Shown here: positions 12,633-24,774 of the stretch, in pieces
Layout: each line of letters opens with the position of its first letter
Numbering within the stretch: the stretch's first letter is position 1
Assembly: GCF_001194135.2 (NCBI RefSeq)
Contig: NC_068988.1
Span: forward strand, 3,309,245 to 3,373,244
DNA from: Octopus bimaculoides
Lineage: Eukaryota
Direction of reading: 5' to 3'
DNA: 64,000 nucleotides
Position numbers and translations under genes: made by a program
Notes under the pieces: generated by a model
What the model was told of the DNA's origin: nothing
What the model saw: the letters and a program-made list of their open reading frames with translations, nothing else
Databases searched by the model: none

Positions 12633-13110
12633 GTTGTCATAGTTTCAAATGATGATATACAATGTGTTCAAGTATTAAATTACCATTCCTTTCATCGTAT
12701 GTCGACTTGTCTGGGATGTTTAACAATCTGAGACTTGCTTTCATATCAGATCTGATCTCACCCTTTGTTTCCCACGTCTCTTTTACTCTTCTTCCCTGTA
12801 TGCTACAATGCTTATCAAATTCTTCACACAGCATTCATTGTAACTTTACATCTGAAGAATTCCAACCACGTTTCGTGGTTTGCTACTTCAACAGCTCCTT
12901 TATAGGATCCAGTGGCTAAAGACATCATCAGGAGGAACCAGGTCCGGTTTCGGCCCCTACTCTTCTACCGTTTTCGTCTTCACACAACACTCATTGTACC
13001 TTTACCTCAGAGGAATTCCAGCACGGTTATTTCTTCAGTATTCTTTGACTGAAGCCTGAAAGTCTAACTGTCGGCTGCGTGAAATTTCCACTTGCTGTAG
13101 GTTGAGATTT
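12633..13110 (-). mobile_element. Penelope-like element 5' end (pLTR with hammerhead-like motifs plus decayed N-terminal coding), abutting the MITE
   Basis: The - strand carries CCGAAACCGG, CUGAUGAUG and CUGUUGAAGUAG-CAAA-CCACGAAACGU, followed by stop-riddled coding-like sequence. Confidence 0.55.
12862..12899 (-). ncRNA. Degenerate minimal hammerhead motif, core CUGUUGA
   Basis: CUGUUGA-A-GUAG(CAAA)CCAC-GAAA-CG-UG. Helix II has one mismatch, the triplet GUG is non-cleavable, and helix I is not evident. Confidence 0.5.
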
Positions 13111-13129
13111 ACATCTAATATCTTTTCCC

Positions 13130-13330
13130 CTTTAGGCACAAGGCCTGGAATTTTGTGGGGAGAAGGTCATTCGATTCCATCGCTCCTCAGTGTTCAAGTG
13201 GGCCTTCTTTTAGTACGAAAGACAAAATTGACGTTGATCAAATTTGAACTTGGAACATAAAAAGAGACAAAATACTGGTAAGCATTTTCCCCGAATATGC
13301 TAATGACTCTGTCAGCTGACCACCTCTCCA
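13130..13330 (-). mobile_element. SINE family A
   Basis: aggcacaaggcctggaatttt...aaatttgaact...gtcagctgaccacc. Confidence 0.7.
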
Positions 13331-13664
13331 CGCTTACATCAAAGATCAACAATGTTATTGTTGTGTTGGTGTTGTTGCAGCTGTCATTATTGTCATCTTT
13401 AGATAAACCATTGAGATGAGACAGACCTTAATTACTGTTTGTTAAGTACAAACATGGTTGTGGAGAGTAAACAATCCACTGCACTGCACTTTGGATCGAC
13501 CATAGTCTTGGACTGAACAATACTATATATTAGCGAAATTTTGTAGAGGGGAAACTGTGACAGTTTGTGTGTGTGTGTTTTTTTGCTGATGTTTATTGAT
13601 GAAAAATATAAGCACTGGCACAAAAACAAAAGTGCAGTATGACCTTTCTCTGTCAAGTTTGCCA

Positions 13665-13707
13665 CCACCAGCACCACCAGCGCCACCACCACCACCATCA
13701 TCATCAT

Positions 13708-13758
<51 letters not shown>

Positions 13759-13990
13759 CATCACCATCATCATCATCATGTAATGTCTACTTTTCTATGG
13801 GTCAGATGGAATTTGGTATGACAGATTTTCTGTAGCCAGATGCCCTTCCTGCTGGCACCCTCACCTGTTTTGAAACAAGGGAATATTTTCTCATGGTCAG
13901 ACATGTTTTTCCAGAGAAAACTGAAAATGTACAACATTGCTTAAATGAGTGTGACGCCTGTCATATAATATCAGGACAAGGGTACACACG
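13665..13990 (-). mobile_element. (CAT/CAC)n tract plus SINE family C-related copy
   Basis: gatgcccttcctg motif; the triplet tract is the source of the poly-His and poly-Met ORFs. Confidence 0.55.
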
Positions 13991-14456
13991 TACATGCACA
14001 CACACATCATAGGCTTCTTTCAGTTTTCATCTATGAAATCCACTTGTAAGGCTTTGGTTGGCATGAGGCTATAGTAGAAGATATTTGTACAAGTTGTTGT
14101 ACAGTGGAACTGAACTTGAGACCATATTGCTGGGAAGCAATTTTCAAATAACGATTCAGTTACAGAAGAAAAACGAATGACAGATTCGTTTTCTCCTTTG
14201 CTTTAGAGAGTTCTTTATTTACTTGAAGATGAATGTAAACAAGGTTAGTATAATTCTTGTGTTATCATGTGTTTCATGAGTGACTGAATTTGCTGACTAA
14301 TTTAGTCTCTTGTGGTGTTGTGTCATACAAGAAGTTCAGAGTTAAACAGTAAACATCTTCACGTATACCTTGATCCTGACTGATTTAACACCTATGATCC
14401 CTTCAGTGATAATATAATAGTGCACATTTATAATTAGATAACTGTTTTATTCATTT

Positions 14457-14573
14457 TCAACATTCTCGCATGGTATGTTTCTGGATGACTGAGTTAACAT
14501 AGTTCAGCCCTTTGTTTCCTATCACTAGTGCTTTACTGGGGTCCATAGGAAAAATAGGTTTCTCTGTGTGTGG
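14457..14573 (-). CDS. Candidate terminal coding exon PHTEKPIFPMDPSKALVIGNKGLNYVNSVIQKHTMREC*, protein unidentified
   Basis: Acceptor tttgtgatgtttacag, 38 open codons then TGA, and AATAAA just downstream. A phase-compatible upstream candidate exon lies at 14911-14838 (TKFWRGSVKAMGIHRPPPELVEIK). No homology recognised. Confidence 0.3.
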   Translation of the reverse strand, partial: PHTEKPIFPMDPSKALVIGNKGLNYVNSVIQKHTMREC

Positions 14574-14924
14574 CTGTAAACATCACAAATATTAGAAATT
14601 CCTTTTACCACTCTTCTTCAGTTGCTCAATAGAAATACATCAACGTCCGACCAACATCTTTAATAGAAATGACCAAATATTTCACATCATATAAATAGGT
14701 GTAATATAGAAATAGTTATGACTTCATTTTTATTACATCCACTTCTTTCTCTGCAAAATGTCAGCCTTCTATAATGCTCTCCCAAAACATGTCTTGCTGT
14801 TAGATTGCATTTGCTCGGGGGAAGGCGTGTTGACCACCTTGATCTCCACCAGTTCTGGAGGGGGTCTGTGAATGCCCATAGCCTTCACAGATCCTCTCCA
14901 GAACTTTGTCCCTTAGATCAAGTT

Positions 14925-15070
14925 AGTTAAGTGGTTAAGATGTGCATTTCTCAACTGTATGGTTTCTAGCTCTGTGACACTTTGAGCAAATCTCCCCCAC
15001 TATAGCCTTGGACTGTTGAAAGCCTTGTGAGTGAATTTAGATGAAGGAAACTGAAAGAAGCCGATCATGC
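14925..15070 (+). mobile_element. SINE family B (a - strand copy also lies at 14000-14150)
   Basis: gtggttaagatg...gagcaaat...ctatagcctt...aaagccttgtgagtgaattt...ggaaactgaaagaagcc. Confidence 0.7.
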
Positions 15071-15379
15071 ATGTGTATGTTGGAGTATATGTGTATGTGT
15101 GTGTGTGTGTGTGTGTGCATGTGTGTTTATATGTTCATTTACATACATGTTGCTATTGTCACTTTTGTCAACAGATCATCAGCTTACTATACCTTTGAAA
15201 ATGTGTGAAATAAGAGATCCGTCATATAAAGAAGGAAAAACAGATAAGATTTAGTGACAGGAAAGGCATCCAGCTGTAAAACAATGCTTCAATAATAGAA
15301 GGGAAAATTAAGGATAAAGCAGTGAAAGGCTTAACAAAATCAAGGACTTTGTTTGGCACAAAATGGAAGAGAAATAAAA

Positions 15380-15847
15380 ATTGGCTTCAAATTTTGGCAC
15401 AAGACCTACAATTTCAGGGGAGGCGATAAGTCAACTGCATTGACTCCCACCCTCACCCCGTGCTCTGCAGGTACTTATTTTATAAACCCCGAAAGGATGA
15501 AAGGCAAAGTTGATCTCAACAAAATTTGATCTCAGAACATAAAGACAGACAAAATTCCATTGAGCATTTTGCTTGGCATGCAAACAATTCTGCCAGCTCT
15601 CCACTTTGAAGAAGAAAAATAAATATTCTTTTCTACTCTAGGCACAAGGCCTGAAATTTTTTTGGGGGGGCGGGGGTAAGTCGATTAGATCAGCCCTAGT
15701 ATACAACTGGTACTTAATTTATCGACCCTGAAAAGATGAAAGGCAAAATCAACCTTGGCGAAATTTGAACTCAGAACGTAAAGACAAATAAAGTACCACT
15801 AAGCATTTCACTCGGTGTGCTAATGTTTCTGCCAGTTTGCCACCTTA
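15380..15847 (-). mobile_element. Two head-to-tail SINE family A copies (15380-15605, 15625-15847)
   Basis: Each reads ggcacaag.cct...gaaaggatgaaaggcaaa...tttgaactcagaac...tctgccag.t; they are separated by a short GAA tract. Confidence 0.8.
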
Positions 15848-16648
15848 AGAGAAATACATATTAATCTAGAAATGATATTAGTCAATGTTAGTTAATAATA
15901 ACAAATGGTCAGGCACAAATTCCATGATAACGAGTGAAGAGGGCATCATAGTGCCGTAGTTTCCTAATTGCCAGAAACATTTGTTTGTAAAGACTGTTTT
16001 GTCCCAATATGAAATGGGATGCAGGAAATTTGAACAGAAGTCTTGAGATCTGAGACTCCAAAAGTATTCATTTGATAATTTCATTTATATCCAAAAACGT
16101 TACTTTCAAACGCATTTACATTCTAGTCTTTCCGGAAAATAACCATCTTTCATGGGCTTATATTACAGTTAAGCAGTTAACCATATACTATTGACTTAAC
16201 TATAAAACACACACACTCTCTCTCTCTCTCTCTCTTCCCACCAATAGACCAGTACATTCATGTTAATGGGGGAGTTACAATGCTGGAGCAGTTTAGCATA
16301 TTACAGAACATGGAGGTTAGCTGAACTAAGCCACAATTCCTTTTGCCTGTTTACAACCAAACAAGCCAGCTAAATTAGCCATTCACCTGAATAGTCTGTA
16401 ATTGGACCAATCTACTTGCCTTGGCATTTCAATATTGTTTTTTGGTTATTTCTTCTATTTTTTTTTGCTTTATATATTTGATTTTTTATTTATTTATTTT
16501 GTTACAGTCACTTTTAACGTTCTAACCTTCCTTTTCCAAGTCTTTCTTTTTTTGTTTTTTTATTTAAAGAAAGATTGTGTCACATGGTATAATACTCAGT
16601 TTAGAAAGTCAAGGAAATAAGAAAGAAGATTTAGTAGCAATAACTTAC

Positions 16649-16960
16649 ACCATGTTTATACCTACTTACTAATTTCGTACACGAACAATAAGTAATGATT
16701 AATTGCTTTCTCGAAATGACTTTGCACAGCAGTTAAAAGAGGGAGGGATTTTAGTGTTCTTCTGCTTTTGCCAACGTCGCCAGTGTTGTTTAAGCATTAA
16801 GAAGGAGATCAGACAAACAGAACCAGTCACTGAATGTGTTTAATGGAGGCGAAAAATAAAATATCGATAAATTTTGGGGAGGTAATAGTTAAAAAAAAAA
16901 AACCCGCATTAAATCAAATGTGATATCGCTAAATCAAGTCAAGATTAGCATCGGTCATTT
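16649..16960 (-). promoter_or_regulatory. CpG-enriched unique segment; possible promoter / first exon of a - strand gene
   Basis: Several CpGs in otherwise CpG-poor DNA. Two GTAAGT donors on - (16669-16664, 16648-16643); the second is preceded by aaacATGGT. Confidence 0.3.
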
Positions 16961-17054
16961 AATTGTCCCTTTAAGTTATACAGTTATATATGTATATCAG
17001 GCATAGATATTTATGTATGTGTCTATACATGTATGCATACGCATACATGCGTGC

Positions 17055-17086
<32 letters not shown>

Positions 17087-17197
17087 ATATATAATATACA
17101 TGTGTAAAATGTACACTAACACTTGCAGATATATACAAATATATATATATGTATATAAATGTGTATACACATATATATATATGTATGTGTGCATATG

Positions 17198-17235
<38 letters not shown>

Positions 17236-17559
17236 AGTATATATTTATATATTCATGTATGTATATATATATTTGTGTATATATATGTATTATATATATA
17301 TGCATACACACACATATATGTGTATACATATTTATATATATATAAATACACACACACACACACATGTATTTTCTCACACAACTTTGGCTGGTTTTCTTTA
17401 GTGTAATTTATAATCTTACGAGTCACTGGTGTCATAAGTGGTGATGAACGATGAAGTAGGGAGAAAGTGTAAGGGAAAGTGTGAGGGAAAACATTGAGAA
17501 GAAGAAGAGGCAGAAGAAGAGAATAAGGCAATGAAAGATAACATGACAAGAACAAGGAG

Positions 17560-17567
17560 GAGAAGAA

Positions 17568-17602
<35 letters not shown>

Positions 17603-17700
17603 AGAAGAAGAAGAAGAAGAAGAAGAAGAAGAAGAAGAAGAAGAAGAAGAAGAAGAAGAAGAAGAAGAAGAATGAATGAATGAATGAATGAATGAATGAA
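17560..17700 (+). repeat. (GAA)n, about 30 pure units, followed by (TGAA)n
   Basis: Read directly from the sequence. Confidence 0.95.
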
Positions 17701-17879
17701 TAAGTTTACAGAAAGAAGAAAAAGAAGTAGAAGAGGCATGTGCAAAATTCAGAATATCTTTGAAAGATTATCTGAAATTTTATCCCCCACTCTTCAGGGT
17801 ATTTCCATTGTCCACTTCACCCACCTCCCCCTGCATGTGTTTTATGCTGCTAAATCAATTGGAAAACAAGCAATAATCA

Positions 17880-18011
17880 ATAATAGGAGTTGATCAGGAA
17901 AACCCAATGTTCTGCTTGATTGGCTGCATATTTAGTTGGTAGCGCTATGAGTAAAGAACAATTTTTTCTGCTACTTAACAAGGCTGAGACTGTGTGTGTT
18001 ATTGCTGTACC
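17880..18011 (+). promoter_or_regulatory. Putative proximal promoter / 5' UTR with CCAAT boxes
   Basis: cccaatg (~17904) and gattggc (~17918) lie upstream of the ATG at 18012. GTACCATGGCGAC over the start resembles an imperfect RFX X-box. Confidence 0.35.
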
Positions 18012-18107
18012 ATGGCGACGGCGAATCATAGTCTTTCTCTTAAAAGATTAATTATTGAGTTAAAGAGGAAAGCAGCCTCGTCAAGCAACATATCCTTTCA
18101 TATGGCT
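18012..18107 (+). CDS. Probable first coding exon MATANHSLSLKRLIIELKRKAASSSNISFHMA (phase 0), protein unidentified
   Basis: accATGG start context, 32 open codons, consensus donor GTAAGT at 18108, CpG-containing unique sequence and upstream CCAAT boxes. Confidence 0.6.
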
Positions 18108-19942
18108 GTAAGTACAGACTAAGTGTGTATAAACAATGACATCAAGAGGAACAAGACCAAACAACAACAATAACAGTTATCAACAACATCATTATCATCG
18201 TCATCATCATCGCCATCGTCAATAACAACAACAACAACAACAAGAGTAGCAGTAACAAAATGGTTACAATAAAAACAGCAGAAAGAATAACAATAAAATA
18301 ATAACAACAATCAGCAATGTTAGAAATAACAATAGAAAGCATAGAATTAGCAACACCAACAACAACAATAGCAACAGTAGCAACAGTAGCTATAAAATGA
18401 ACAATAAGGAAAAGGAAAATGAATTTGAAAACAACAACAACAACATATGTCAGTGCAACAACAACAAAAAGAAGAAAAAAGCAAAGAAATGAAGTTAGCG
18501 GGAAACTGAAAAGGAAAAAGAGAGAAGCAGATGGAGAAAAAGTATAAAAGGTGGAGCATGTAATAAGTGTGGTGCGTAGAACAATCCGGATATACAAGTT
18601 GAAAATCACCAAGGATATCTGCTAATTGCCCTAACTTTATAAATTATGTATTGATGGAGTTTGAGAAGAGAGAAACTTTCACTAAACTTGCTTAAAGTGT
18701 TTCTTTCACTTTCTGTTGTTGTTGCTTTATGCTTCGGTTGGCAATTTTCAAATTAATATACGGTAAACAAGCAAAGACAAAAGACCATCAGGACCACCGC
18801 CACCGCTGCCGACACCGCTGTTGCCAGAAGCTGCAAAGGCAGCTCACTTTTCAGTGACTACTGCTGTTACACTCATCACAGGAACAACAACAATATTGGC
18901 CACAACAAAAACAAAAGCCCACAACAGCAACAACAACAACAAGACCACAAGTTATAAACTATATCATGTTTTATTGAACCATTATTAAAATGCTTTCCAT
19001 TTTCTGACAGAGATTTTTGTGTTAATCACATGAATGACTGAATGAATGTGTGTAGCATAAAACGGTTTTAACATTGTTACAAGGTCACACATTTCGGACA
19101 ACGGTATGTGTGTGTGTGTGTCTGTACGTGTGTGTGTGTGTGTGCGTGCATGCATGTATGTGAGTATGTGTGTATGTAAGTATGTGTGTATGTAAGTATG
19201 TGTGTATGCGTGTGCGTGTATGTGTGTGTGTTTATATGTGTGTATGTGAGTATGTGTGTATGTGAGTATGTGTGTATGTATGTGTGTTTGTGTGTGCGTG
19301 TGTAAGTCTGTGTGTATATGTGTGTGTGTGTGCATGTGTGTGCATGCGTGTGTGTGTGTGTATACGTGAGTGAATGTGTGTATATGTGTACATATGTATG
19401 TGTGTGTAGTTGGTAAAATTAATTGCCAGTATTTGAGAGCAGTACACTGTTTTATCGCCCCTTACACATCAATGGTAAAGTCTACATCATTAGGATTTGA
19501 ACTTGGTACACAGAGAAAACCGCATGGAATTTGTGAGATACTCTACCAATTCTGCTAATTTATGTTCATTCCTTTTAACATTGATAATGCTAAATATTTT
19601 AATTTTGGTATAACTGTAGATTTAGGGGAAAGAGAAACTTGATTAACTTCAATACATTTCAGCTTCTGGAAGATTAAGGTAATCCACGTTAGTTACTTGA
19701 AAGATTAACAAAAATGACACGATGGTCAGGTATTGAATTTTTTTGATCAGATGCTTGCTTGATCAGAGTTGACCAAGAGCTAAACAGCAGCAACTTCAAC
19801 AATAGTATCATCATCATCATCATCGTTGTTATCTTCATCATCATCATCATCATCAACAACAATAAATCTAGACATTCAAAGACAATATAAAAAGGTAGGT
19901 AAATCTGCCCAGTTCTTTGCAGTTTTTGTTGTTTTCACATAG

Positions 19943-20054
19943 TTTTGTAATTCTTTAGTGAAAGCAGAAAGTGCAGAACGTGGAAAATCTTTCTGGAGTT
20001 TTGTGGTTGGAGTAAAAAACGAAAATTATCCTTTTCAAAGCTTTACGCTTCCCT
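19943..20054 (+). CDS. Candidate second exon FCNSLVKAESAERGKSFWSFVVG(VKNENYPFQSFTLP)
   Basis: Strong acceptor tttttgttgttttcacatag in phase 0, matching exon 1. The donor is uncertain (20012 gtaaaa or 20055 gtaact), and the antisense frame is also open. Confidence 0.35.
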
Positions 20055-20819
20055 GTAACTTGAGTTTAACCCTTGGCACATGTTTTCTCTCTCTCTCCCC
20101 TCCCCCACTCCCAACTGATGTGGTCACTACTGCAAAGCATCTGCTTTTCTTCCTCTATTCATACTCTAACTTTGCATTACCTGGCATAAAGCCACCTCCC
20201 TCAATTGAGGGATCTTTGCCTTGCACTGCTGCTAGTGCTACATCAAAAGCACCCAGTACACTCTGTAGAGTGGTCAGCATTAAGAAGGGTATCCAGCCAT
20301 AAAAACCATGCCAAAATAGACAGCAGTGTTTAGCACAGTCTTCTGACTTGTCTGCTTCTGTCAAACAATCCAGTCTATGTTCCACTACTGATGGAGAACA
20401 TTAAATAATGACGATGCAATATGTTGTAATGGCTCTTTGTTTTAGATGCATAGTCAGCTGGCAAGACGCTGTAGTATTAGTATGTCTAGTTGTTTAGTGT
20501 AATACATTCATGACTCTAGATTTCCCCTGTTTGCTTCTGAATTAATAAATTAAGTTAGTCTCGTGGAGTGTATTCAACAGTTTGTAAGCTTGTGGTGTAT
20601 TATTGGTTTGACTTTTTAATACTGTTTTTGTTCTCGTAATATATTAATAGTGTAACAATGATAACTATTGTGAAATTCATTTCCTCCAGAAAATAAGAAT
20701 GGGAAGAATGTAAAATGTTGATGGACTGTCGGGGGAAAGAAACAGGAATTTAAAAAAACCTTCTTTAAAAATAAGTTAAAACTAAGGTTATAGCATTTTT
20801 GGCAACATATATTTGGAGA

Positions 20820-21400
20820 TATGCTGTGCTTGAGAAGCCCCAGCAAGCCAAGTGAGACCATAACCATGGCCTATACCAGTGCTGTATAACCAGCCCATTT
20901 AAGAGTACCCTTCAATCATTGGACAATAAACGATGCTTGCAAAGGCCTATTGAGGCAAGTGAAATTGCTGTCATGGCCGATGACAGTACCGCCTGATTGG
21001 CACCTGTGCTAGTGGAATGTTAGAAGCGCCATTTGAGCGTGATCATTGCCAGGACCGCTGACTGGCTCCCATACCAGTGGCACATCAAAAAAGCACAATT
21101 GGAGTGTGGTCGTTGCCAGTGTCACTGGACTGGCTCCTGTGCAGGTGGCACACAAAAAGTACCATTTGAGTGTGGCCAATGCCAGTACCGCCTAACTGGC
21201 ACTCGTGCCGGTGGCACATAAAAGCACCCACTACACTCTCAGAGTGGCTGGCGTTAGGAAGGGCATCCAGCTGTAGAAACTTTGCCAGATCAGATTGGAG
21301 ACTGGTGTAACCTACTGGCTCACTGGTCCTCAGTCAAACCGTCCAACCCATGCCAGCATGGAAAACGGACATTAAAGGATGATGATGATGATGATGATAA
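20820..21400 (+). mobile_element. Long SINE family C copy with internal ~66-bp tandem array and (GAT)n tail (a shorter copy lies at 20210-20410)
   Basis: Four units gccagt...actggc..ctgtgc.ggtggcac..aaaagcacc at ~20985-21230. The 3' end reads aagggcatccagctgtagaaac...aacccatgccagcatggaaaacggacattaa(gat)n. Confidence 0.85.
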
Positions 21401-21442
21401 TGACAATACAGGTAAGAGACAGACAGATAGAAAGTGTGTGTC

Positions 21443-21483
<41 letters not shown>

Positions 21484-22734
21484 ATCTAGTCTTTCTTTCA
21501 AAGAATAAAATGTAATATTATAAAAGAAACAACACACACAAATAGTATTAATTTGAATATTCACCCAGAAACAGGTCCACCTGTAGAGGAAGCTATCCTC
21601 CTGGAAACATATTCCTACTGACAGATGGAGTCACATCACAACTGACAGCTTTCATTAGTAATTTTATTCTAAAGGAGGGAAAGTGTTAGAATGGTGGAAT
21701 GCTGCAGAAAATGTTCATGTATTTAGTTTAGTCTCTCTGAATTCTCAGTTCCACTCTTTTGTTTTTTATTCCATTGAGGCTGAACAAATAATTACCAATC
21801 ATGTAGATTTCATTCAACCCTCGCCATACAAATCTGTGGTTACGAGTCAATATAAAAATGATTATTGAAGAGGGGGATTATTTAAGGTGCGGGGGGGTGG
21901 GGTGAATTACAGGATCACAATCATGGGTGCCAGATGGTGATGTGGTTGGAATGTTTGCATGGGTTTCAGGTTCAGTTCCACCATTTGGCAGTTTGGATAA
22001 TTGTCTACTAATTTCACCTTGGGTCCTCTAAACTCCTGTGTGTAGAGCTTGCTAGATAGAAATTATGTAGAATTTCAACAAATGTTCCATTGTAGTAAAG
22101 TTGATCTGTTTAACATCACTACACACCCACAAGGACTTCTTTAGCGGAGTTTGCTCTGTCACAAACATTGGATATGATCTCAGACATGATACAATAAGTA
22201 CTGAAATAGTCTGTAGGGGCCATACTCTTAAAATAAATCAACTTGCACCCTTTGCATCCTACAATCTATTGAGCTCTTTGTTGAAATTTGGTTTCTTTGA
22301 TTCCCCCCCCACCCCAGGAATTACAAAGAACACACACACTCACACACATGTAATTTAAAATGATTAATCTTATTCTTACAAATTGCAGCCTTCTAGGAAT
22401 AAAATTAATAAATGTCACAGACTCTGAATGTAAAATACAAAAATATAAAGAAAAAAAAATTGATAAAACACAAAATAATTAAAGCAAGATATAATTAGAA
22501 GGGAATAAAACATGAATCTAATTATGCTGAGTTATTGCACTTCATGACCTTGTGTTGCTTGACCATTTCTTAAATTACACACAAGTGTAAACCAAACACA
22601 CTGATAAGCATTTCAAAGATAAACCTCATCATTCAAGGCTCATGTCTTGCTGCTTTGCAGCATCACATTTGCACACAGACATCATACAATCTACCCTTTA
22701 CTGTGAAATTATAAATCTGATACTGCTATGATTG

Positions 22735-23060
22735 GCACATGGCTAAGTGGTTAGGGTGTTTGGCTCACAATTGTAAGGTCATGAGTTCAATTCCCGGTGG
22801 CAAATTGTGTCCTCGTGTGTGTGTGTATGTGTGGGTGTGTGTATGTATGTCTTTGTGTCTGCATTTGTCCCCACCACTGCTTGACAACTGGTGTTGGTGT
22901 GTTTACATCCCCCATAACTTAACAGTTCGACAAAAGAAAATGATAGAATAAGCACCAAACTTCAGTAACAAATAGCGAGATTGATTTGTTTGATTAAAAT
23001 TCTTTAAGGTGGAACTCCAGCATGGCCGTGGTCTAATGACTGAAACAAGTAAAACATAAG
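22735..23060 (+). mobile_element. Near full-length SINE family B
   Basis: tRNA-like head tggctaagtggttag...gagttcaattcccgg; tail ccagcatggccgtggtc..atgactgaaacaagtaaaa. Confidence 0.8.
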
Positions 23061-24728
23061 AGATTAAACCCCACAGTAAATTCACCATTTTATAGAATTT
23101 ATATTTTTAGAATTTTCATTCTTTATTAAAGAAATATTTTGATTTTGCTAATCTTTATTCAAAGCAAGAACATATATCCATCCTTTGATCAGGAATCAAA
23201 AATGATAAATACATATTAATGTATTGACAGCTGAACTCGTGTTACAGTCAGTGATAACTCAAAATGTATCAATTTGCTGAAGGGTGTGTCTGAAGGTTAC
23301 TTGCCTAAAAGGTTTATATCTCAAAGCCTAGTGAACATGTGAAGGATTTGTAAATATTTCATGATTTCTTTTAACATATCCATGTAAGTTTAAAGATGAA
23401 TTTCACAATGTTGTATACCATATGGAAATTTGATGCTTTGATCCATAACATGTGACAAGCTAATTTCACAATGGAGATGGTTTAGACACTTTCAAATTCA
23501 GATAGATTGCAGTAAAATTAGATTCTCCTGATTTTACCATTCTATGAGATGTTAATTATGACATATGTAATTGACTAACAAATTTATCTTTCTCCAGAAT
23601 GGTGCTCAAATATTAATTCCATAGAAGAGAATTGTAGAATAAATATTTAATGTTTACAATGCCATCAAGGTGTCCATTGCATTGATGTTTATATCTTCAT
23701 GGCTTTAAAATTATGGTAGCGCTCCTTCCTGGTGAGAACACCAGTCTAAGGCACAGAATATTCTACAATGAATAAATTCATATTTTTAGGATCTCAGAAA
23801 AGTGAGGTGGAAAATGACAAAATACAGAACCATAACACTCGTAGAAGATTTTAGAGGAATATACAGAAACTGCTGATTAACTACTTTATATTCTAAGGAA
23901 TTTGGTCTCTAGATAAAAGATAAAGGAAACTGGAAGTCTGATAATGTGAAATGTCTTCACTCACATTACATGTAGGTTGTGATTGTAATAAAAAACAAAA
24001 GGTTTACTGGAACAATAGGCCAGTTTTATTGTTGTTTAATCTCAGGTCAACACTTACTCAAAACACCTATAAACAATTGAGTTCCAACCTTGACCATCTT
24101 GTCTTTTCTTACAAACATAGTGTATTAGTATATGTCAAACTATGTTATCAAATGTGTCATTTTTGTTTTAAAGATGAGTACAGCATGATTTGGAGGTTTA
24201 CCTGTTTTGTCTAGCAGGTTGTATGACCACATAGAAGAGGAAGTTATTTTTGTGATATCTGTTGAGATTCGTGATCAGAGGGAGACATACAACCAAGAAT
24301 GCACTGGTTTGGCTGATTTAAAATTGTTAAATGAATAACTTCATCCTGTGTTCTGGGTGAAATAGCAAACAACCACCTATTTCTGGGTGTCAGCCAAAGA
24401 ATGTGCTGCCAGCAAACACAAGTTCAAATATAATTTCCCATCAAATATTGGATATTTTTCTCTGTGTTGATGTGATCCTCTGCATCAAAGAACTGTATGA
24501 CCATAGCATTTTCAAAAAAAATAAAGAAAGAAGAAGAAAAAAACACAGAAAGGAAAAGAAAAAGAATGAAACAAAGACAGATTCAAAGATTAAATGTATG
24601 ATTGGACATACATTAGTATCCTATACATACATACACACACATATGCATAAACATATATATAGAGAGAGAGATACACATGCATACATAAATACATACATAT
24701 GTATAGGTATATAGGATATATGAATATA

Positions 24729-24774
<46 letters not shown>

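Noticed and set aside
16971-17406. Long ORFs rich in YIYI, HTHT, CVCV, poly-His, poly-Leu or poly-Tyr (also 13432-13835, 18142-18612, 18985-19447, 30152-30630, 31908-32463, 36111-36608, 46625-47574, 58011-58408)
   Set aside because: These are translations of di- and trinucleotide microsatellites that lack stop codons.
21033-21221. C2H2 zinc-finger gene
   Set aside because: It lies inside a SINE tandem array, has a 22-aa period rather than 28, and lacks the His pair.
20985-21235. CRISPR-like array
   Set aside because: Whole units are homologous with no unique spacers; the context is a eukaryotic SINE with no cas genes.
21569-21720. vWA-like IFLLTDG peptide
   Set aside because: Joining it to the next open stretch would need a 17-nt intron, and no other vWA motifs are present.
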